NCBI GenBank assembly: GCA_963794065.1 | Contig: CAWCDA010000033.1 | Span: 123,643-187,642 of the forward strand | Origin: an uncultured Actinomycetes bacterium | Lineage (GTDB): Bacteria > Actinomycetota > UBA4738 > HRBIN12 | Reading direction: 5' to 3' | Length of the DNA stretch: 64,000 nucleotides | Shown: in pieces, positions 48,113 to 60,837 of the stretch | Layout of the letters: each line of letters begins with the position of its first letter | How positions within the stretch are numbered: the stretch's first letter is position 1 | Notes under the pieces: model-generated | Seen by the model: only the letters and a program-made list of their open reading frames with translations | Database searches by the model: none | Told to the model about the DNA's origin: nothing | Position numbers and translations under genes: made by a program

Positions 48113-50007
48113 ACCCGCACCCCGATGAACCCGAGCACCAGGACCGCCCCGAAGAACAGCACGAGCGCGTACGTACGCACGAAGCCCGTCTGGATCAGCC
48201 GGCCGCCGCTGGCGGCCCGCTTGACCGCGCCGGCCACGCCGTTCACCGCGCCGTCGATCACCTTCGTATCGACGACGTCGCCCGTCATGCGTGCAAGCGC
48301 CTTCGCGGGCTGGATGATGACCACGTCGTAGGCCCGGTCCACGTACCAACCGTGCTGCGCCGCCGTGGCCATCGGCTCCATCCGCGAGCGGAAGGCAGCG
48401 GGATCGATCCGACCCGAGCCGTAGATCCACCACGCGGTGGCGAGCGCCAGGATCGCGACCGCGACGGCGATCCCCGCGAGCGCGACGAACGTGAGGCCGG
48501 TCCCCTCGTTCAGGACGCCGGTCACCGGCTCGAGGTATGCGGCAAGACGCCCGTCCGGGGACAGCTCCAACAGGCCCGCGGACGCGACCCCGATCGCGAG
48601 GATCGCCAGCGGGATCCACAGAAGCGGCGAGGACTCGTGGGCGTGCTCGGCCCGCTCCGATCGCGCCGAGCCGAAGAACGTCATGATCAGCATCCGGCCG
48701 AGGTAGAACGCGGTTAGGAACGCGGCGAGCGTGCCAAGTGCGTATACCGCCGTGCGTCCGGTGTGTTGCGCGACCTCCAAGAGGGCGTCTTTCGCGAAGA
48801 AGCCAGCGAGCGGCGGGATCCCGGCCTGTGCCAGGGCGCCGACGAGGAACGTCACGAACGTGATCGGCATCGCCTTGCGCAGCCCGCCCATCTGGCGCAT
48901 GTCCTGCTCGTCGTGCATCCCGTGTATCACCGAGCCGGCGCCCAGGAACATCAGCGCCTTATAGAACGCGTGTGCGACCAGAAAGAACATCGCGACCGCG
49001 TAGGCGCGCATCCCGACGGCGATGAACATGTAGCCGAGCTGGCTGATCGTCGAGTACGCGAGCACGCGCTTGATGTCGAACTGCGCGATCGCGCATGTGG
49101 CCGCGAACAGCGCCGTGGCGACGCCGATCACGAGCACCACCGTGAGCGCGACCCCGGAGACCTCGAACAGCACGTGCGAGCGGATGACCAGGTACACCCC
49201 GGCGGTCACCATCGTCGCCGCGTGGATCAGCGCCGATACCGGTGTCGGGCCCGCCATGGCGTCGGGCAACCAGACCTGCAACGGCAGCTGCGCCGACTTC
49301 CCGATCGCCCCCGCGAACAACAACAGCGCGATCACCGTGGCCGCGTCCTTCGTCAAGACGCTCGAGGCCGTGCCGAAGATCGGCACGAAGTCCAGGGTGC
49401 CGAACTTGAAGACCAGCGTGGCGAGGCCGATGAGCATCAGCGTGTCGCCGATGCGCGTGGTGATGAACGCCTTCTTCGCGGCCTCGGCGTTCCCGACCTT
49501 GTCGAACCAGAAACCGATCAACAGGAACGAGCAGAGTCCGACGCCCTCCCACCCGAGGTAGAGCACCAGGTAGTTGGCGCCCAGCACCAACATCAGCATG
49601 AAGAACACGAACAGGTTGAGGTAGGCGAAGTACCGGCCCGGGCGCGGGTCCTCGGCCATGTAGCCGATCGAGTAGAGGTGGATCAGCGCACCGATCCCCG
49701 TGATGACCAGGATCATCGTGGCGCTCAGGGAGTCCAACCGTAGGTCGGCCCCGACGCGGAACCCGCCGACCGAGATCCAGTCGAAGAGATGCTGCAGCGC
49801 CAGCCGTTCCCCGGCGGGGCGGCCCAGGAGGTCGGCCACCACCGCCACCGAGATCGCGAAGGACGCCGCCACGGCAAGCGTCGCGAGCACCCCCGCCCAG
49901 CGACCGAGCCGCTTCCCGAGGAACAGGTTGAGTGTCGCGACCGCCAGTGGGATCGCCGGGATCAGCCACAGCACGCTCGCGTCGTGGGATGTCAGGGTCT
50001 CTACCAC
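48109..50007 (-). CDS. nuoL: NADH-quinone oxidoreductase subunit L (complete set)
   Basis: 632 aa, intact ([22 protein letters not shown]). Confidence 0.9.
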   Translation of the reverse strand: MVETLTSHDASVLWLIPAIPLAVATLNLFLGKRLGRWAGVLATLAVAASFAISVAVVADLLGRPAGERLALQHLFDWISVGGFRVGADLRLDSLSATMILVITGIGALIHLYSIGYMAEDPRPGRYFAYLNLFVFFMLMLVLGANYLVLYLGWEGVGLCSFLLIGFWFDKVGNAEAAKKAFITTRIGDTLMLIGLATLVFKFGTLDFVPIFGTASSVLTKDAATVIALLLFAGAIGKSAQLPLQVWLPDAMAGPTPVSALIHAATMVTAGVYLVIRSHVLFEVSGVALTVVLVIGVATALFAATCAIAQFDIKRVLAYSTISQLGYMFIAVGMRAYAVAMFFLVAHAFYKALMFLGAGSVIHGMHDEQDMRQMGGLRKAMPITFVTFLVGALAQAGIPPLAGFFAKDALLEVAQHTGRTAVYALGTLAAFLTAFYLGRMLIMTFFGSARSERAEHAHESSPLLWIPLAILAIGVASAGLLELSPDGRLAAYLEPVTGVLNEGTGLTFVALAGIAVAVAILALATAWWIYGSGRIDPAAFRSRMEPMATAAQHGWYVDRAYDVVIIQPAKALARMTGDVVDTKVIDGAVNGVAGAVKRAASGGRLIQTGFVRTYALVLFFGAVLVLGFIGVRV

Positions 50008-50306
50008 CGCATCTCCCGGACGTCGTCGACGTCGACGCTGCGGCGGCGCCGGTAGATCGACACGATGATCGCGAGGCCGACGACCACCTCCGCCGCTGCC
50101 ACCACCATCGAGAAGAACGCGAGCACCTGCCCCGTCAGGTCGTTGTGCATGCGCGCGAACGCGACGAGGGTCAGGTTGACCGCGTTCAGCTGCAACTCGA
50201 CCGACATGAAGATGCGCAGCGCGTTGCGGTTCACGAGCACGCCCACGGTGCCCATCGCGAACAGCACGGCCGCCAACAGGAGGAAGTAGCTGATCGGCGT
50301 CCTCAC
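50001..50306 (-). CDS. nuoK: NADH-quinone oxidoreductase subunit K (complete set)
   Basis: 101 aa ([13 protein letters not shown]). GTGA overlap with nuoJ. Confidence 0.9.
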   Translation of the reverse strand: MRTPISYFLLLAAVLFAMGTVGVLVNRNALRIFMSVELQLNAVNLTLVAFARMHNDLTGQVLAFFSMVVAAAEVVVGLAIIVSIYRRRRSVDVDDVREMRW

Positions 50307-50878
50307 GGCCTGGCCCCGGCCCCGGCCTCGGCGGTGGCCACCAGCTCCGCCTGGGTGACGGCGCGCACCTTGCGCTGCGCCAGCACCATCGTGGCGATCG
50401 CGGCCACGATCAGCAGGATCGAGGTGACCTCGAACGGGAAGAAGTAGTCCCGGAACAACACCTCCGCGATCGCCTGCGCGTTCCCGTTGGGCTGCAGCTG
50501 GTCGAACCCGTCGGGCGCGAGCGTCGAGAACCCGATCGCCGCGTGAACCGCGACCGTGATCTCGACGATGAACGCGAGCGCCAACACGATCGCGAGCGGC
50601 CGCTGCAGGAACAGCCGCTCGGTGCGCACGTCGCTGCGATCCACTCCGAGCAGCATGATCACGAACAGGAAAAGCACCATGATCGCCCCCGCATAGACGA
50701 CGATCTGGACCGCGAACAGGAACGGCGCATCCAGCAGCAGGTACATCACGGCGATGCAGCCAAAGTTCACGACCAGGAACAGCGCCGCGTGGATCACGTT
50801 GCGCATCACGAGCATGCCGACCGCGGCGGCGATCGAGATCGGAGCGAAGACCCAGAACACGACGTTGTCCAGGGGCAC
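50303..50878 (-). CDS. nuoJ: NADH-quinone oxidoreductase subunit J (complete set)
   Basis: 191 aa, with an intact C-terminal helix ([26 protein letters not shown]). Confidence 0.9.
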   Translation of the reverse strand: MPLDNVVFWVFAPISIAAAVGMLVMRNVIHAALFLVVNFGCIAVMYLLLDAPFLFAVQIVVYAGAIMVLFLFVIMLLGVDRSDVRTERLFLQRPLAIVLALAFIVEITVAVHAAIGFSTLAPDGFDQLQPNGNAQAIAEVLFRDYFFPFEVTSILLIVAAIATMVLAQRKVRAVTQAELVATAEAGAGARP

Positions 50879-51379
50879 CTACATGCCCTCCTTGTCGACC
50901 GGGTCGGTGCCCAGGGCCGGCGGCGGTTCGAGCAGCTGCTCCTTGGTCCAGATCGCGTCCTCGCGCGAGGTGAACGCCATCTCGTAGTAGCTGGTCAACG
51001 TGAGCGCCCGCGTCGGACATGCCTCGACGCACAGGCCGCACATGATGCAGCGCAGGTAGTTGATCTGATAGTCCTTCGCGTGGCGCTCGCCTGGGCTCAC
51101 CGGCGCGGCCGGATCGTTGTCCTCCCCCTCCACCCAGATCGCGTCGGCAGGGCATGCGTAGGCGCACAGCTCGCACCCGATGCACTTCTCGAGACCGTTG
51201 TCGTGGCGGTTCAGCCGGTGCCGGCCGATGTGCGAGCGCTCCGGCGGCGGCACGATCTCCTTCGGGTACTGCTCGGTGTTGTCGCGACGGAAGGTCTGCT
51301 TGAAGACGGTGCCCATGCCCTTGGCCACCGCCCAGACGGGCGAGGAGCGGCGCTCGGGCTCGGTGGTCTCGTCGCTCAT
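50879..51379 (-). CDS. nuoI: NADH-quinone oxidoreductase subunit I (complete set)
   Basis: [12 protein letters not shown] and [12 protein letters not shown] motifs. ATGA overlap with nuoH. Confidence 0.9.
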   Translation of the reverse strand: MSDETTEPERRSSPVWAVAKGMGTVFKQTFRRDNTEQYPKEIVPPPERSHIGRHRLNRHDNGLEKCIGCELCAYACPADAIWVEGEDNDPAAPVSPGERHAKDYQINYLRCIMCGLCVEACPTRALTLTSYYEMAFTSREDAIWTKEQLLEPPPALGTDPVDKEGM

Positions 51380-52500
51380 GCTGGCACCTCCTCGTGGCGT
51401 GCGTCGAGCAAGGGCTTGACCATCGTGCCGATCAGCCAGGCGGCGACGATCAGACCCACCGCGATGACGGCGCCACGCTGTCGCCCGTACCGATCCGGGA
51501 GCACGATGATGGCGCCGGTCGCGAGCACCCAGAACAGCCCGAACGGGATCAGGTACTTCCACCCGAAGTTCATCAGCCGGTCGTAGCGCATGCGCGGCAA
51601 CGTCGCGCGCACGAGCATGAATAGGTACATCACGCACACGAGCTTGAACAGGAACCACACGACTCCGCCGACCACGAACCACGCGCCGTCCCACGGCCAG
51701 GGGCCGCGCCAGCCGCCGAGGAACAGGGTGACGGCGATCGAGGACACGACGACGGCGTTGACGTACTCGCCGAGCATGAACATCGCGAACGGGATGCCCG
51801 AGTACTCCGTGTGGAACCCCGCCACCAGCTCCGACTCGGCCTCCGCCAGATCGAACGGCGGGCGGTTGACTTCCGCAAGCGCGCAGATCAGGAACACGGC
51901 GAAGGCCGGGAACTGCGGGATCGCGTACCAGACCTTGGCCTGCGCATCGACGATCTCGGAGGTGCGCAGATGCCCCGCGAACATCAACAGCGCGACGAGG
52001 GAGAGCCCCATCGCGACCTCGTAGCTGATCATCTGGGCGGTGGAGCGCACCCCGCCCAGCAACGGGTAGTTCGAGCCGCTCGACCAGCCGGCGAGCACGA
52101 CGGTGTAGACGCCGATCGAAGTCATCGCGAGCACCCAGAGCACACCGATCGACAGGTCCGTCAGCTGGAGCCCGACGGTGCGCCCGAAGATGTACACCGA
52201 GGGCCCGAAGGGGACGATCGCGAACGCGAGGAATCCAGGGATCACCGCGAACATCGGCGCGAGCCGATAGACCCACGGGTCGGACTGGGTGGGCTTGATC
52301 GCCTCTTTGAAGAAGAGCTTCACCCCGTCCGCGAGCGAGAGTAGGACCCCGCGGGGCCCGGCGCGCACCGGGCCCACCCGTGTCTGGAAGTCGGCGATCA
52401 CCTTGCGCTCCATCCAGATGAACAGCAGGACAGAGACCATGATCCCGACGAACACGATCACGACCTTGCCGAGCAGGATCCCCCAGTCGATCCAGGTCAC
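51376..52500 (-). CDS. nuoH: NADH-quinone oxidoreductase subunit H (complete set)
   Basis: [18 protein letters not shown] and [19 protein letters not shown] segments. GTGA overlap with nuoG. Confidence 0.9.
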   Translation of the reverse strand: MTWIDWGILLGKVVIVFVGIMVSVLLFIWMERKVIADFQTRVGPVRAGPRGVLLSLADGVKLFFKEAIKPTQSDPWVYRLAPMFAVIPGFLAFAIVPFGPSVYIFGRTVGLQLTDLSIGVLWVLAMTSIGVYTVVLAGWSSGSNYPLLGGVRSTAQMISYEVAMGLSLVALLMFAGHLRTSEIVDAQAKVWYAIPQFPAFAVFLICALAEVNRPPFDLAEAESELVAGFHTEYSGIPFAMFMLGEYVNAVVVSSIAVTLFLGGWRGPWPWDGAWFVVGGVVWFLFKLVCVMYLFMLVRATLPRMRYDRLMNFGWKYLIPFGLFWVLATGAIIVLPDRYGRQRGAVIAVGLIVAAWLIGTMVKPLLDARHEEVPA

Positions 52501-54884
52501 GACGCATCCTCCCCGACGGCGGCGAGCGCCTCGGCGTCGACGGCCTCGACCTCGACCGCGGTGGTGAAGCTCCCCGACAGCAGCGTGTTGGCCGCCAGCC
52601 CCGGCTGGTTGAACGGCACGAACACAGTGCTGGGCGCGATGTGCTCGGTGACGCGCAGCGGCACGACGGCCTCGCCGGCTGCGGTGCGCAACCGGACGCC
52701 CAGGCCGTCGGCGAGGCCGTGCGAGGCCACGTCGCTCGGGTGCATCTCGGCGAAGGCGGGCTCCGACAAGGTGGCCTTGAGCTCGTCGGCACCCTCGGAC
52801 ATCCGGCCCTCGTCGACCAGCAGGTGATAGGTGAAGAGCGTCAGAGCCTCGGACACGGGCGTCGGACCGGTGGGCGAGGGCACCACCGTGACCTCGCGCG
52901 CGGCCCACAGGCGCGCCATCTCCTCGTGTAGCTCGTCCAGGGTGTCGAAGCCGAGGTCGCCGCCGGACGCGGCCGCGAGCCCCGCGAAGATCTCCCAGTC
53001 CGGACGGCTGATCCCGGCGGCGGTGCGGAGCGGACCGATGCGTTGGCTGCGGCCCTCCCAGTCGCTCACATGCCCCTCGCGCTCGAGGAACGATGCGGCC
53101 GGCAGGAACACGCTCGCATACGGCTGCAGGTCGCCGAGCTCCAGCGACTGGACGACGACGGTGGCGACGTTCTGCAGCGCCCGCCGGGCGAGCCCGGCAT
53201 CGGGGGCGTCGCGGAGCGGGTCGACCCCGATCAGGTAGAGGACGTCGAGTTCGTGCTCGGCCGCGGCACGCAGGATCTCGGTCGTGTCGCGACCGACGGT
53301 CTCGGTCATCACAGGTCCCCAGACCGCCTCGAGCTCGGCGCGCTCCTCGGGGACGTCCAGCCGGCGGCCGCCCGGCCCGAAGCCGGGGTGCACGCCCGCC
53401 CGCAGCGCGCCGTGATCGCCCGCGCGACGAGCGACCCACCCGAACCGGGCGCCGTGCGTCCGCGCGGCGGCGACGGCGGCATCGGCGGCTCCCGCCTGCT
53501 CCCCGAGGCGTGCGCCGGCGAGGACGATCCCGCGCTGCCCGGCAGCATCGAGCGCTGCACCGGCGCCCGCCCGATCGCTGCCCGCCGCGATCGCGGCGAG
53601 GGCCTCGACCTCATCGCCGGGACGCACGAGCACGTGGTCGGCGACATCGTGCAGCCGGGTCCGGCGCGCGGCCACGACCACGATCCGTGCGCCACGGGCC
53701 GCCGCCTTGCGCAGCCGGAGGTGCAGGATCGGCACTTCCTGCTCCGCATCGAGCCCGACGACCACGATCGCGGCGGCGCTCTCGATCTCGCGATACGTCA
53801 CGGTCTCGGCTCCGGCCGCGGCCAACAACTCGGCCGTCCCGCCGTGCGGTGCCCGACGGTGATCCACGTCGTTGGTCCGCAGCACCGTGCGCGCGAGCTT
53901 CGACAGCGCGTAGGCGTCCTCGTCGAGCAGGCGCCCGCCCGCGATCACCCCGACACGCGCGCCGTGGCACGCGTCGGCGACCGCGGACAGCGCCTCGCCG
54001 AACGAGGTCGCCTCCAAGCCGCGATCGCGCACGAGAGGCGTCGTGATCCGGCCGCCCGCGTCGTCGTGGTGGAACGCGAATCGGCCCTTGTCGCAGAGCC
54101 AGGCGTCGTTGACCTCCGGATTCTCGCGGGCGAGCACACGCACCACCTCGCCGCGCCGCTGGTCCACGCGGACCGCGCACCCGGCGCTGCAGTGTCGGCA
54201 GACGCTGTCGACGCTCGTCAGGTCGAACGGCCGCGCGACGAACCGGTAGGGCGTGGCGGTCAAGGCGCCGACCGGGCAGATCTGCACGACGTTGCCGGAG
54301 AACGGCGACCGCAGATCCTCGCCGGCGGCGATCGCGACCCGCTCCCCCGCTCCCCGCGCGTAGAGCTCCAGGAATCGGTCCCCGCTGATCTGGTCGCAGA
54401 ACCGCGTGCAGCGCGCGCACAGCACGCATCGCTCCCGATCCAGCCCGATGAGCGGCGACATCGGGATCGGCTTCGGGAACGTTCGCTTGGCCTCGACGAA
54501 GCGGCTCTCACCGGGTCCGAACGCCAGCGCCTGGTCCTGCAGCGGGCATTCCCCGCCGCGGTCACAGACAGGACAGTCCAACGGATGGTTCAGCAACAGG
54601 AACTCGAGGTTCGCCACCTGCGCCTGCCGCACCGAATCGTTCGTGTTCTGCGTGCTCACCACCATGCCCGGGGCGACGGTGACGGTGCAGGAGGTCGCGA
54701 GCTTCGGCTGCCCCTCGACTTGGACGTAGCACTGGCGGCACGCGCCCGCAGGCTCCAGGTAGGGGTGATCGCAGAACCGAGGGATCTCGACCCCGACCTG
54801 CTCGGCCGCGCGGATGATCAGCGTGCCCTTCGGGACGGTGACCTCGGTGCCGTCGATGGTCAGGGTGACCAGGTCCGCGCTCAC
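52497..54884 (-). CDS. nuoG: NADH-quinone oxidoreductase subunit G
   Basis: 795 aa. 2Fe-2S and 4Fe-4S Cys clusters ([27 protein letters not shown]). Confidence 0.9.
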   Translation of the reverse strand: MSADLVTLTIDGTEVTVPKGTLIIRAAEQVGVEIPRFCDHPYLEPAGACRQCYVQVEGQPKLATSCTVTVAPGMVVSTQNTNDSVRQAQVANLEFLLLNHPLDCPVCDRGGECPLQDQALAFGPGESRFVEAKRTFPKPIPMSPLIGLDRERCVLCARCTRFCDQISGDRFLELYARGAGERVAIAAGEDLRSPFSGNVVQICPVGALTATPYRFVARPFDLTSVDSVCRHCSAGCAVRVDQRRGEVVRVLARENPEVNDAWLCDKGRFAFHHDDAGGRITTPLVRDRGLEATSFGEALSAVADACHGARVGVIAGGRLLDEDAYALSKLARTVLRTNDVDHRRAPHGGTAELLAAAGAETVTYREIESAAAIVVVGLDAEQEVPILHLRLRKAAARGARIVVVAARRTRLHDVADHVLVRPGDEVEALAAIAAGSDRAGAGAALDAAGQRGIVLAGARLGEQAGAADAAVAAARTHGARFGWVARRAGDHGALRAGVHPGFGPGGRRLDVPEERAELEAVWGPVMTETVGRDTTEILRAAAEHELDVLYLIGVDPLRDAPDAGLARRALQNVATVVVQSLELGDLQPYASVFLPAASFLEREGHVSDWEGRSQRIGPLRTAAGISRPDWEIFAGLAAASGGDLGFDTLDELHEEMARLWAAREVTVVPSPTGPTPVSEALTLFTYHLLVDEGRMSEGADELKATLSEPAFAEMHPSDVASHGLADGLGVRLRTAAGEAVVPLRVTEHIAPSTVFVPFNQPGLAANTLLSGSFTTAVEVEAVDAEALAAVGEDAS

Positions 54885-56176
54885 GCGAGCACCTCCGCGG
54901 GCTCCTCGCGGAGCGGGCACCGGCCCAGCCGCACATGCTCCTCGTACTCCTCGGCGAAATGCGCGAGCGAGGAGTTGATGACGCTCGCCGTGCCGTCGGC
55001 CAGCGCGCAGAACGCGCGGAACAGGATGTTGGTCCCCATGTCGTGCATGAGCGGCAAATCCTCGCCGCGTCCGTACCCGTCCTCCAGACGCTCGAGCACA
55101 CGGGTGGCCCACCAGGTTCCCTCCCGACAGGGGGTGCACTTGCCGCAGGACTCGTGGGCGTAGAACGCGACCATCCGCTGCGCGCAGTCCACCACGCAAT
55201 CGGTCTCGTCGAGCACCATGATCGCCGCCGTGCCGAGCAGCGACCCCGCGGCCGCGAGCGACTCGTAGTCCAGGCCGGTGTCGACGTGGGCCGCGGTCAG
55301 CAACGGCGTCGAGGAGCCACCCGGGGTCCAAGCCTTGAGCGCGTGTCCGCCGAGCACACCGCCGCCGAGCTCTTCGAGCACCGCCGAGAACGGCGTGCCC
55401 AGCGCGATCTCGTAGTTCCCGGGACGCTCCACCTTGCCGCTGAGCGTGAGCATCTTCGTGCCGGGCGACTTCTCCGTGCCCACCGAGCGGAACCACTCGG
55501 CGCCACGCGTGATGATGTCGGGCACGTTCATGAGCGTCTCGACGTTGTTGATCACCGTCGGGCTCGCGAACAACCCCTCGACGGCCGGGAACGGGGGGCG
55601 CAGACGTGGCTGTCCGCGTAGGCCCTCGAGCGAGTTCAACAAGGCGGTCTCCTCACCGCAGATGTAGGCGCCGGCCCCGCGATGCAACACGACATCCACG
55701 CGCGTGCCCGAGCCGCAGACATCGCCGCCGAGGTATCCGCCCGCGTAGGCCTCGGCGATCGCGCGCTCCAGCACGATCGACTGCCAGAGGTACTCGCCGC
55801 GCACGTAGATGTATGCGGTCTCGCATCCGATCGCGAGCGCCGCGATCGCGGTGCCCTCGAGCAGCCGGTGCGGCTCGCGCTCGACCAGCTCGCGGTTGTT
55901 GCACGTGCCGGGCTCGGACTCGTCGAAGTTGACGACCACGTAGGTGGGTTTGCCGGTGTCACGAGGCACGAACCCCCACTTCATCCCCGTGGGGAATCCC
56001 GCCCCGCCCCGGCCGCGCAGACCGCTGGCCTTCACGAGCTCGACGATGTCGCCGTCGTCCATGCCGAGCGCCTGGCGCAGCCCCGCGTACCCGCCGGCGG
56101 CGACGTACCCGTCGAGCCCGATCGCGCTCGGGTCGCCCCAATTGCGCGTCAGACGCGGCTCGAGGTCGATCGTCAC
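54881..56176 (-). CDS. nuoF: NADH-quinone oxidoreductase subunit F
   Basis: GAGAYICGEETALL (FMN/NADH site) and ESCGKCTPCREG (N3 cluster). Confidence 0.9.
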   Translation of the reverse strand: MTIDLEPRLTRNWGDPSAIGLDGYVAAGGYAGLRQALGMDDGDIVELVKASGLRGRGGAGFPTGMKWGFVPRDTGKPTYVVVNFDESEPGTCNNRELVEREPHRLLEGTAIAALAIGCETAYIYVRGEYLWQSIVLERAIAEAYAGGYLGGDVCGSGTRVDVVLHRGAGAYICGEETALLNSLEGLRGQPRLRPPFPAVEGLFASPTVINNVETLMNVPDIITRGAEWFRSVGTEKSPGTKMLTLSGKVERPGNYEIALGTPFSAVLEELGGGVLGGHALKAWTPGGSSTPLLTAAHVDTGLDYESLAAAGSLLGTAAIMVLDETDCVVDCAQRMVAFYAHESCGKCTPCREGTWWATRVLERLEDGYGRGEDLPLMHDMGTNILFRAFCALADGTASVINSSLAHFAEEYEEHVRLGRCPLREEPAEVLA

Positions 56177-56748
56177 GACGCGGGGACCTCCTCGAGGCCC
56201 GCCAGCGCGCGGGAGGCGGCCTTGAAGCTGGCGAACGCCGGGCCGCGAGCGGGCGCCGGCACATCGCCGGCGCGCAGGGTCTCGATCAGCTCGCGCATCC
56301 GGTCGGGACTGACCGCGTCGTAGTTGCAGAAGTTCACCTGCACCGCCGGTGCGAAGTCGCAGACGCCGAGGCATTCCTCCTCGTGGACCGTGAACAGGCC
56401 GTCTGCCGACAGCTCCTCGCCGTGTTCGATACCGGCCGCCTCGTGGGCGGCCTCGAAGACATCCGCGGCGCCGCGCAGCTTGCAGGCGAGGTTCGTGCAC
56501 ACGTTGACGACGTGCTCGCCCGTGGGCCGCAGCCGGTACATCGAGTAGAAGGTCGCGACCGCCTCGACCTCGGCCGTCGTGATGCCGAGCAGCTCCCCGA
56601 TCTCGCGCAGCGCCTCGCGCCCGACCATGCCCTCGACCGACTGCGCCACGTACAGCAGCGGCATGATCGCGGAGCGCTGGTGCTCGGCGGGATAGCGGGC
56701 CAGGATCGCGCGCGCGTCCTCCAGCACGCCGCCCTCGAAGATCTTCAT
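56173..56748 (-). CDS. nuoE: NADH-quinone oxidoreductase subunit E
   Basis: Thioredoxin-like 2Fe-2S protein (CTNLAC ... CLGVC). Confidence 0.9.
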   Translation of the reverse strand: MKIFEGGVLEDARAILARYPAEHQRSAIMPLLYVAQSVEGMVGREALREIGELLGITTAEVEAVATFYSMYRLRPTGEHVVNVCTNLACKLRGAADVFEAAHEAAGIEHGEELSADGLFTVHEEECLGVCDFAPAVQVNFCNYDAVSPDRMRELIETLRAGDVPAPARGPAFASFKAASRALAGLEEVPAS

Positions 56749-58061
56749 TAGCGATCGACCCCACCCATCACGGGGTCCAGCGACGACACGGCCGCGATGA
56801 CGTCGGCAACCAGGTAGCCCTCGATCACGTCGGGCAGCGCCTGCAGGTTCACGAACGAGGGGTCCCGGATCTTCACCCGGTAGGGCCGATGCTCGCCGTC
56901 GGAGACCAGGTACATCCCGAGCTCGCCCCGCGGCGCCTCGACGCAGCTGTAGACCTCGCCCGCCGGCACCTCGACGCCCTGCGTCACCATCTTGAAGTGG
57001 TGGATCAGGGCCTCCATCGACCCCTCCATGATGTGCGCGAGGAACTCGGGGTCGTTGCCGATGCCGTCGGGACCGACCGACAGACGCGACTGCCAACCGA
57101 TCTTCGGGTCCTCGATCATGAACGGACCCGGCGTGGCTTGGAGCCGCTCGAGGGCTTGTTCGACGATCTTGAGCGACTCGCGCATCTCGTCGATCCGCAC
57201 GCGGTAGCGCGCGTACGCGTCGCCCTCGGTGCGGGTGGGCACGTCGAAGTCGAACGTTTCGTAGCCGCCGTAGGGCATGTCCTTGCGGAGGTCCGCCGTC
57301 GAACCCGCGGCGCGCAGCACCGGTCCGGTGACCCCGAGCTCGAGGCACCGCTCCTCCGAGAGCACCGCCACCCCTTCGTGGCGCTCACGCCAGATCGGGT
57401 TGTCGTTCAGCAGCGTCTCGTACTCGTCGATCCGGCTCGGCAGGATGTCGATCAGGTCGCGGATCTTGCGCGGGCCGTCCTCGGGCAGGTCCATCACGAC
57501 GCCACCGATGCGGATGTAGGCGTGGTTCATGCGCAGGCCGGTGAGCCCCTCGAAGATGTCCATGATCATCTCGCGCTCGCGGAGTCCGTAAAGCATGATC
57601 GAGACGGCGCCCATCTCCAGGCCGGTCGTCGCAAGGCCGACCAGGTGCGACGTGATCCGGTTCAGCTCGCACACCAGGACCCGGATCAACCGCGCGCGTT
57701 CGGGCACCTCGACGCCGAGCAGCCGCTCGACGCCCAGGCAATAGGCCAGCTCGTTGAAGAACGGCGCCACGTAATCGGCGCGCGTGACGTAGGTGATGCC
57801 CTGCACCCAGGTGCGGTACTCGGTGTTCTTCTCGATGCCGGTGTGGAGGTAGCCGATCACCGGCTTGCAGCGGATCACCGACTCGCCGTCCAGCTCGAGC
57901 AACAGGCGCAGCACGCCGTGGGTCGAGGGGTGCTGCGGCCCCATGTTGATGATCATCGTCTCCTGGCGGAAATCGCCCGACACCGGGTCGCGGAACGCCT
58001 CGGCGATGTCGCCGGCCGGATCGAAGGCGGCGCCGGCGCCGCGCTGACCGGGGTCGCTCAC
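56748..58061 (-). CDS. nuoD: NADH-quinone oxidoreductase subunit D
   Basis: [15 protein letters not shown] and a C-terminal [15 protein letters not shown] overlap with nuoC. Confidence 0.9.
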   Translation of the reverse strand: MSDPGQRGAGAAFDPAGDIAEAFRDPVSGDFRQETMIINMGPQHPSTHGVLRLLLELDGESVIRCKPVIGYLHTGIEKNTEYRTWVQGITYVTRADYVAPFFNELAYCLGVERLLGVEVPERARLIRVLVCELNRITSHLVGLATTGLEMGAVSIMLYGLREREMIMDIFEGLTGLRMNHAYIRIGGVVMDLPEDGPRKIRDLIDILPSRIDEYETLLNDNPIWRERHEGVAVLSEERCLELGVTGPVLRAAGSTADLRKDMPYGGYETFDFDVPTRTEGDAYARYRVRIDEMRESLKIVEQALERLQATPGPFMIEDPKIGWQSRLSVGPDGIGNDPEFLAHIMEGSMEALIHHFKMVTQGVEVPAGEVYSCVEAPRGELGMYLVSDGEHRPYRVKIRDPSFVNLQALPDVIEGYLVADVIAAVSSLDPVMGGVDR

Positions 58062-58558
58062 GCCATCCCCCGCTCGTCGATCGGCGGCATCGTCGCGCCG
58101 TGGTACCAGGTGGGCACGCCCCCGAGCGGCTCGTCCTTCCGCAAGGGATACCCGTCCCAATCGGCGGGGAGCAGGATCCGCGTGAGGTCCGGATGCCCGG
58201 CGAAGTCGATCCCGTAGAAGTCGAACGTCTCCCGCTCGTGCCAGTTCGCCGTCGGGAACAACGACGTCACCGACGGCACCCGAGCGTCGTCGTCCCCACA
58301 GCCGACCTTCACACGGAGACGGTGGCGCAAGGTCATCGATCGCAGCTCGTAGTCCAGCCAGAACGCCGGCTCGCGCCCGGGCCAGTGCGTCGCGGTGATG
58401 CTCGACAGGAATCCGAGCTCCAGCGTCGGTTCCTCGCGGAGCCACGCGAGGGCCTCGAGGAGCTGCTCGCGGTCGAGGACCACGCTCAGCTCGCCGCGAG
58501 CCACGAGCACATCCGGATAGCGAGCCGCGACGGTCGCGGCCATCGCCTCGAGGCTCAC
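58058..58558 (-). CDS. nuoC: NADH-quinone oxidoreductase subunit C (complete set)
   Basis: [20 protein letters not shown] and PLRKDEPL segments. GTGA overlap with nuoB. Confidence 0.9.
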   Translation of the reverse strand: MSLEAMAATVAARYPDVLVARGELSVVLDREQLLEALAWLREEPTLELGFLSSITATHWPGREPAFWLDYELRSMTLRHRLRVKVGCGDDDARVPSVTSLFPTANWHERETFDFYGIDFAGHPDLTRILLPADWDGYPLRKDEPLGGVPTWYHGATMPPIDERGMA

Positions 58559-59067
58559 CGGAAGGGCTCCTCGGTTCGCACCTTCTTCTGCAGCGTGAGG
58601 ATCCCGTGCATGAGCATCTCCGGCTTGGGCGGGCACCCGGGGACGTAGACGTCGACCGGCACGATCGTGTCGACGCCCTGGACGATCGCGTAGTTCGTGA
58701 ACATGCCGCCAGCCGAGGCGCAGACGCCCATCGAGATGACCCACTTCGGCTCCGGCATCTGGTCGTAGATCCGCCGGAGCACCGGCGCCATCTTCTGCGA
58801 CACGCGGCCGGACACGATCATGAGGTCCGCCTGCCGCGGCGAGGCCCGGAACAGCTCCATCCCCCAGCGTGAGAGGTCGTACTGCCCGGCGCCCGTGGCC
58901 ATCATCTCGATCGCGCAGCAGGCAAGGCCGAAGGTGGCGGGCCACATCGATTGCTTGCGGGCCCAGCCGATCGCCCGATCCATCGTCGTCAGCAGGACGC
59001 CGCGCTCGACCTCCTCGGTCGATCTCCTCGGGCGTCGTGCCGAGGTGGATCCCCTCGTAGCGCTCAA
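58555..59067 (-). CDS. nuoB: NADH-quinone oxidoreductase subunit B (complete set)
   Basis: [18 protein letters not shown] and VPGCPP segments. The only in-frame start upstream of the conserved [11 protein letters not shown] segment is TTG 59067, which overlaps the nuoA stop (TTGA). The start call is tentative. Confidence 0.8.
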   Translation of the reverse strand: MSATRGSTSARRPRRSTEEVERGVLLTTMDRAIGWARKQSMWPATFGLACCAIEMMATGAGQYDLSRWGMELFRASPRQADLMIVSGRVSQKMAPVLRRIYDQMPEPKWVISMGVCASAGGMFTNYAIVQGVDTIVPVDVYVPGCPPKPEMLMHGILTLQKKVRTEEPFR

Positions 59068-59504
59068 CCGGCATGGGCCACGTCCTCGACCAGCGAGCGC
59101 TCGCGGATCGCGATGTCCTCGGCCTCGTTCGGCGTGACCTCCTCGTGCGCCCAATCGAACCCGCCCTTGCGCCAGATGTAGACGTAGGCGACGAACACGA
59201 GCCCGATGAACACCGCCATCTCGACGAGCCCGAACATCCCGAGACGTCGGAACGACACGGCCCACGGGAACAGGAAGATGGTCTCGATGTCGAAGATGAT
59301 GAACAGCATCGCGACGACGTAGAACTTGACGCTGAACCGCTCGCCGCGCGGCAGCCGCACCGGATCGTTGCCGCACTCGTACGCGGACAGCTTCACGGGG
59401 TTGGGCTTGCTCGGACGCAAGAGCGACGAGACGGCCAGCGAACCGATCGCGAAGACCGCAGCGAGCCCCGCCATCACCACGATGGGCAGGTAGTCGATCA
59501 GCAT
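59064..59504 (-). CDS. nuoA: NADH-quinone oxidoreductase subunit A (complete set)
   Basis: YECGNDP ... [14 protein letters not shown]. Confidence 0.9.
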   Translation of the reverse strand: MLIDYLPIVVMAGLAAVFAIGSLAVSSLLRPSKPNPVKLSAYECGNDPVRLPRGERFSVKFYVVAMLFIIFDIETIFLFPWAVSFRRLGMFGLVEMAVFIGLVFVAYVYIWRKGGFDWAHEEVTPNEAEDIAIRERSLVEDVAHAG

Positions 59505-59530
59505 CGGGCCCCCATCCTACGAGCCATCGC

Positions 59531-60790
59531 TCAGGCCGCCCTCGCCACCCGGATCGCCAGGTCGAGCATGCGATCCTGCAGGTCGCCGTCCGGCCCGTCG
59601 CTGAGGTTCGCCATCGCGCGGAGCGCGAAGGCCATGATCGCCCGACGGGGGAGCAGGTGCTCGGTCGCACGGCCCATGATGGCCGGCTTGCCGATCACCT
59701 TGGCGAACTGGCGCCCGATCGCGAAGTAGCCGCCGTAGGTGTCGCGCAGGACCTGGCCGTATCGCATCGTCAGCGCCGGACGGTCGTTGACGAGCGCCTC
59801 GTGCACGAGCTCTGCGGCGATCTGACCTGTCTCGATCGCGTAGGCGATGCCCTCGCCGTTGAACGGGTTGACGGCCCCGACGGCGTCCCCGACCAGCAGC
59901 AACCCCGGCACGACCGCGGGCGCCCGGTTCATGCCCATCGGCAGCGGCCCCGACAGCACGCGGCCCTCGGCGGTGTCCTCGTCGATGCCCCACTCCGGCG
60001 GCAGCATCCGCGCGAAGGCGGCGAAGAGCTGCTGGGCGGACACGTCCTTGAAGTTCGAGAAGGTGTTGAGCAGGCCGGCGCCGAGATTGATCCGACCGCC
60101 CGCAACCGGGAACAGCCAGCCGTAGCCCGGCAACAACAGATCGCCGTCCCACAGGTCGAGCCACGATTCGATCCAAGGCCCCGGGTGGTAGTCCACGCGG
60201 TAGTAGCGCCTCGCCGCGATCCCCAAGGGCTTCCCGGGGTCCCGGCGCACGCCGGCCGGCTTCCCGAAGCGGCTCGCGGCGCCGTCGGCGGCGACGACGT
60301 AGCGGGCGCGGATCGTCCGCGGTTCCGCATCGCGCTCGCCGGTGGTCCGCACGGATGCGCCGCGGACGTACCCGTCGACGAACACCGGCTCGATCGCCTC
60401 GGTCCGCTCGAGCAGCCGGGCGCCCGCCTTGACGGCGCGATCGGCCAGCAGGTGATCGAACCCGTCCCTCGGCATGACGAGCCCGAAGGGCGGGAACGAA
60501 GTCAGGTCGGGCCAGGGCAGCTGGATCGTGGTGCCCCGCGCGTGCACTCGCAGCCCGATCACCCGCTCGAAACGCGGGTCCTCGGTGTCGACGCCCATGT
60601 CCTGGATCGCCTTGACCGAGCGGGGCGTCAGACCGTCGCCGCACACCTTCTCCCGAGGGAACGCGGCCTTCTCGATGACGGTGACGTCGATCCCGTGCCG
60701 GGCGAGGTGATAGGCGGTCGCGGACCCTCCCGGGCCGGCGCCGACGACGAGCACGTCCGTCTCGATTTCCTGCACCTTCACGCCCCCCAT
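59531..60790 (-). CDS. geranylgeranyl reductase family flavoprotein (MenJ-like by context)
   Basis: [17 protein letters not shown] fold and [18 protein letters not shown]. Ends 26 nt before nuoA. Confidence 0.8.
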   Translation of the reverse strand: MGGVKVQEIETDVLVVGAGPGGSATAYHLARHGIDVTVIEKAAFPREKVCGDGLTPRSVKAIQDMGVDTEDPRFERVIGLRVHARGTTIQLPWPDLTSFPPFGLVMPRDGFDHLLADRAVKAGARLLERTEAIEPVFVDGYVRGASVRTTGERDAEPRTIRARYVVAADGAASRFGKPAGVRRDPGKPLGIAARRYYRVDYHPGPWIESWLDLWDGDLLLPGYGWLFPVAGGRINLGAGLLNTFSNFKDVSAQQLFAAFARMLPPEWGIDEDTAEGRVLSGPLPMGMNRAPAVVPGLLLVGDAVGAVNPFNGEGIAYAIETGQIAAELVHEALVNDRPALTMRYGQVLRDTYGGYFAIGRQFAKVIGKPAIMGRATEHLLPRRAIMAFALRAMANLSDGPDGDLQDRMLDLAIRVARAA

Positions 60791-60837
60791 GCCCTGGTCG
60801 CCGCTACCGCCCAGGGTTTGTGAAACTTTTCACAAGC

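Noticed and set aside
58058-59074. ATG at 59074 as a nuoB or nuoC start (338-aa ORF)
   Set aside because: That frame matches NuoC only in its last 166 codons. The upstream part is out-of-frame read-through of nuoB, and nuoC starts at GTG 58558.
58995-59074. Frameshift in nuoB of the complete operon ([19 protein letters not shown] versus [11 protein letters not shown])
   Set aside because: An in-frame TTG at 59067 overlapping the nuoA stop gives an uninterrupted NuoB containing the conserved [11 protein letters not shown] segment, so no frameshift needs to be invoked.
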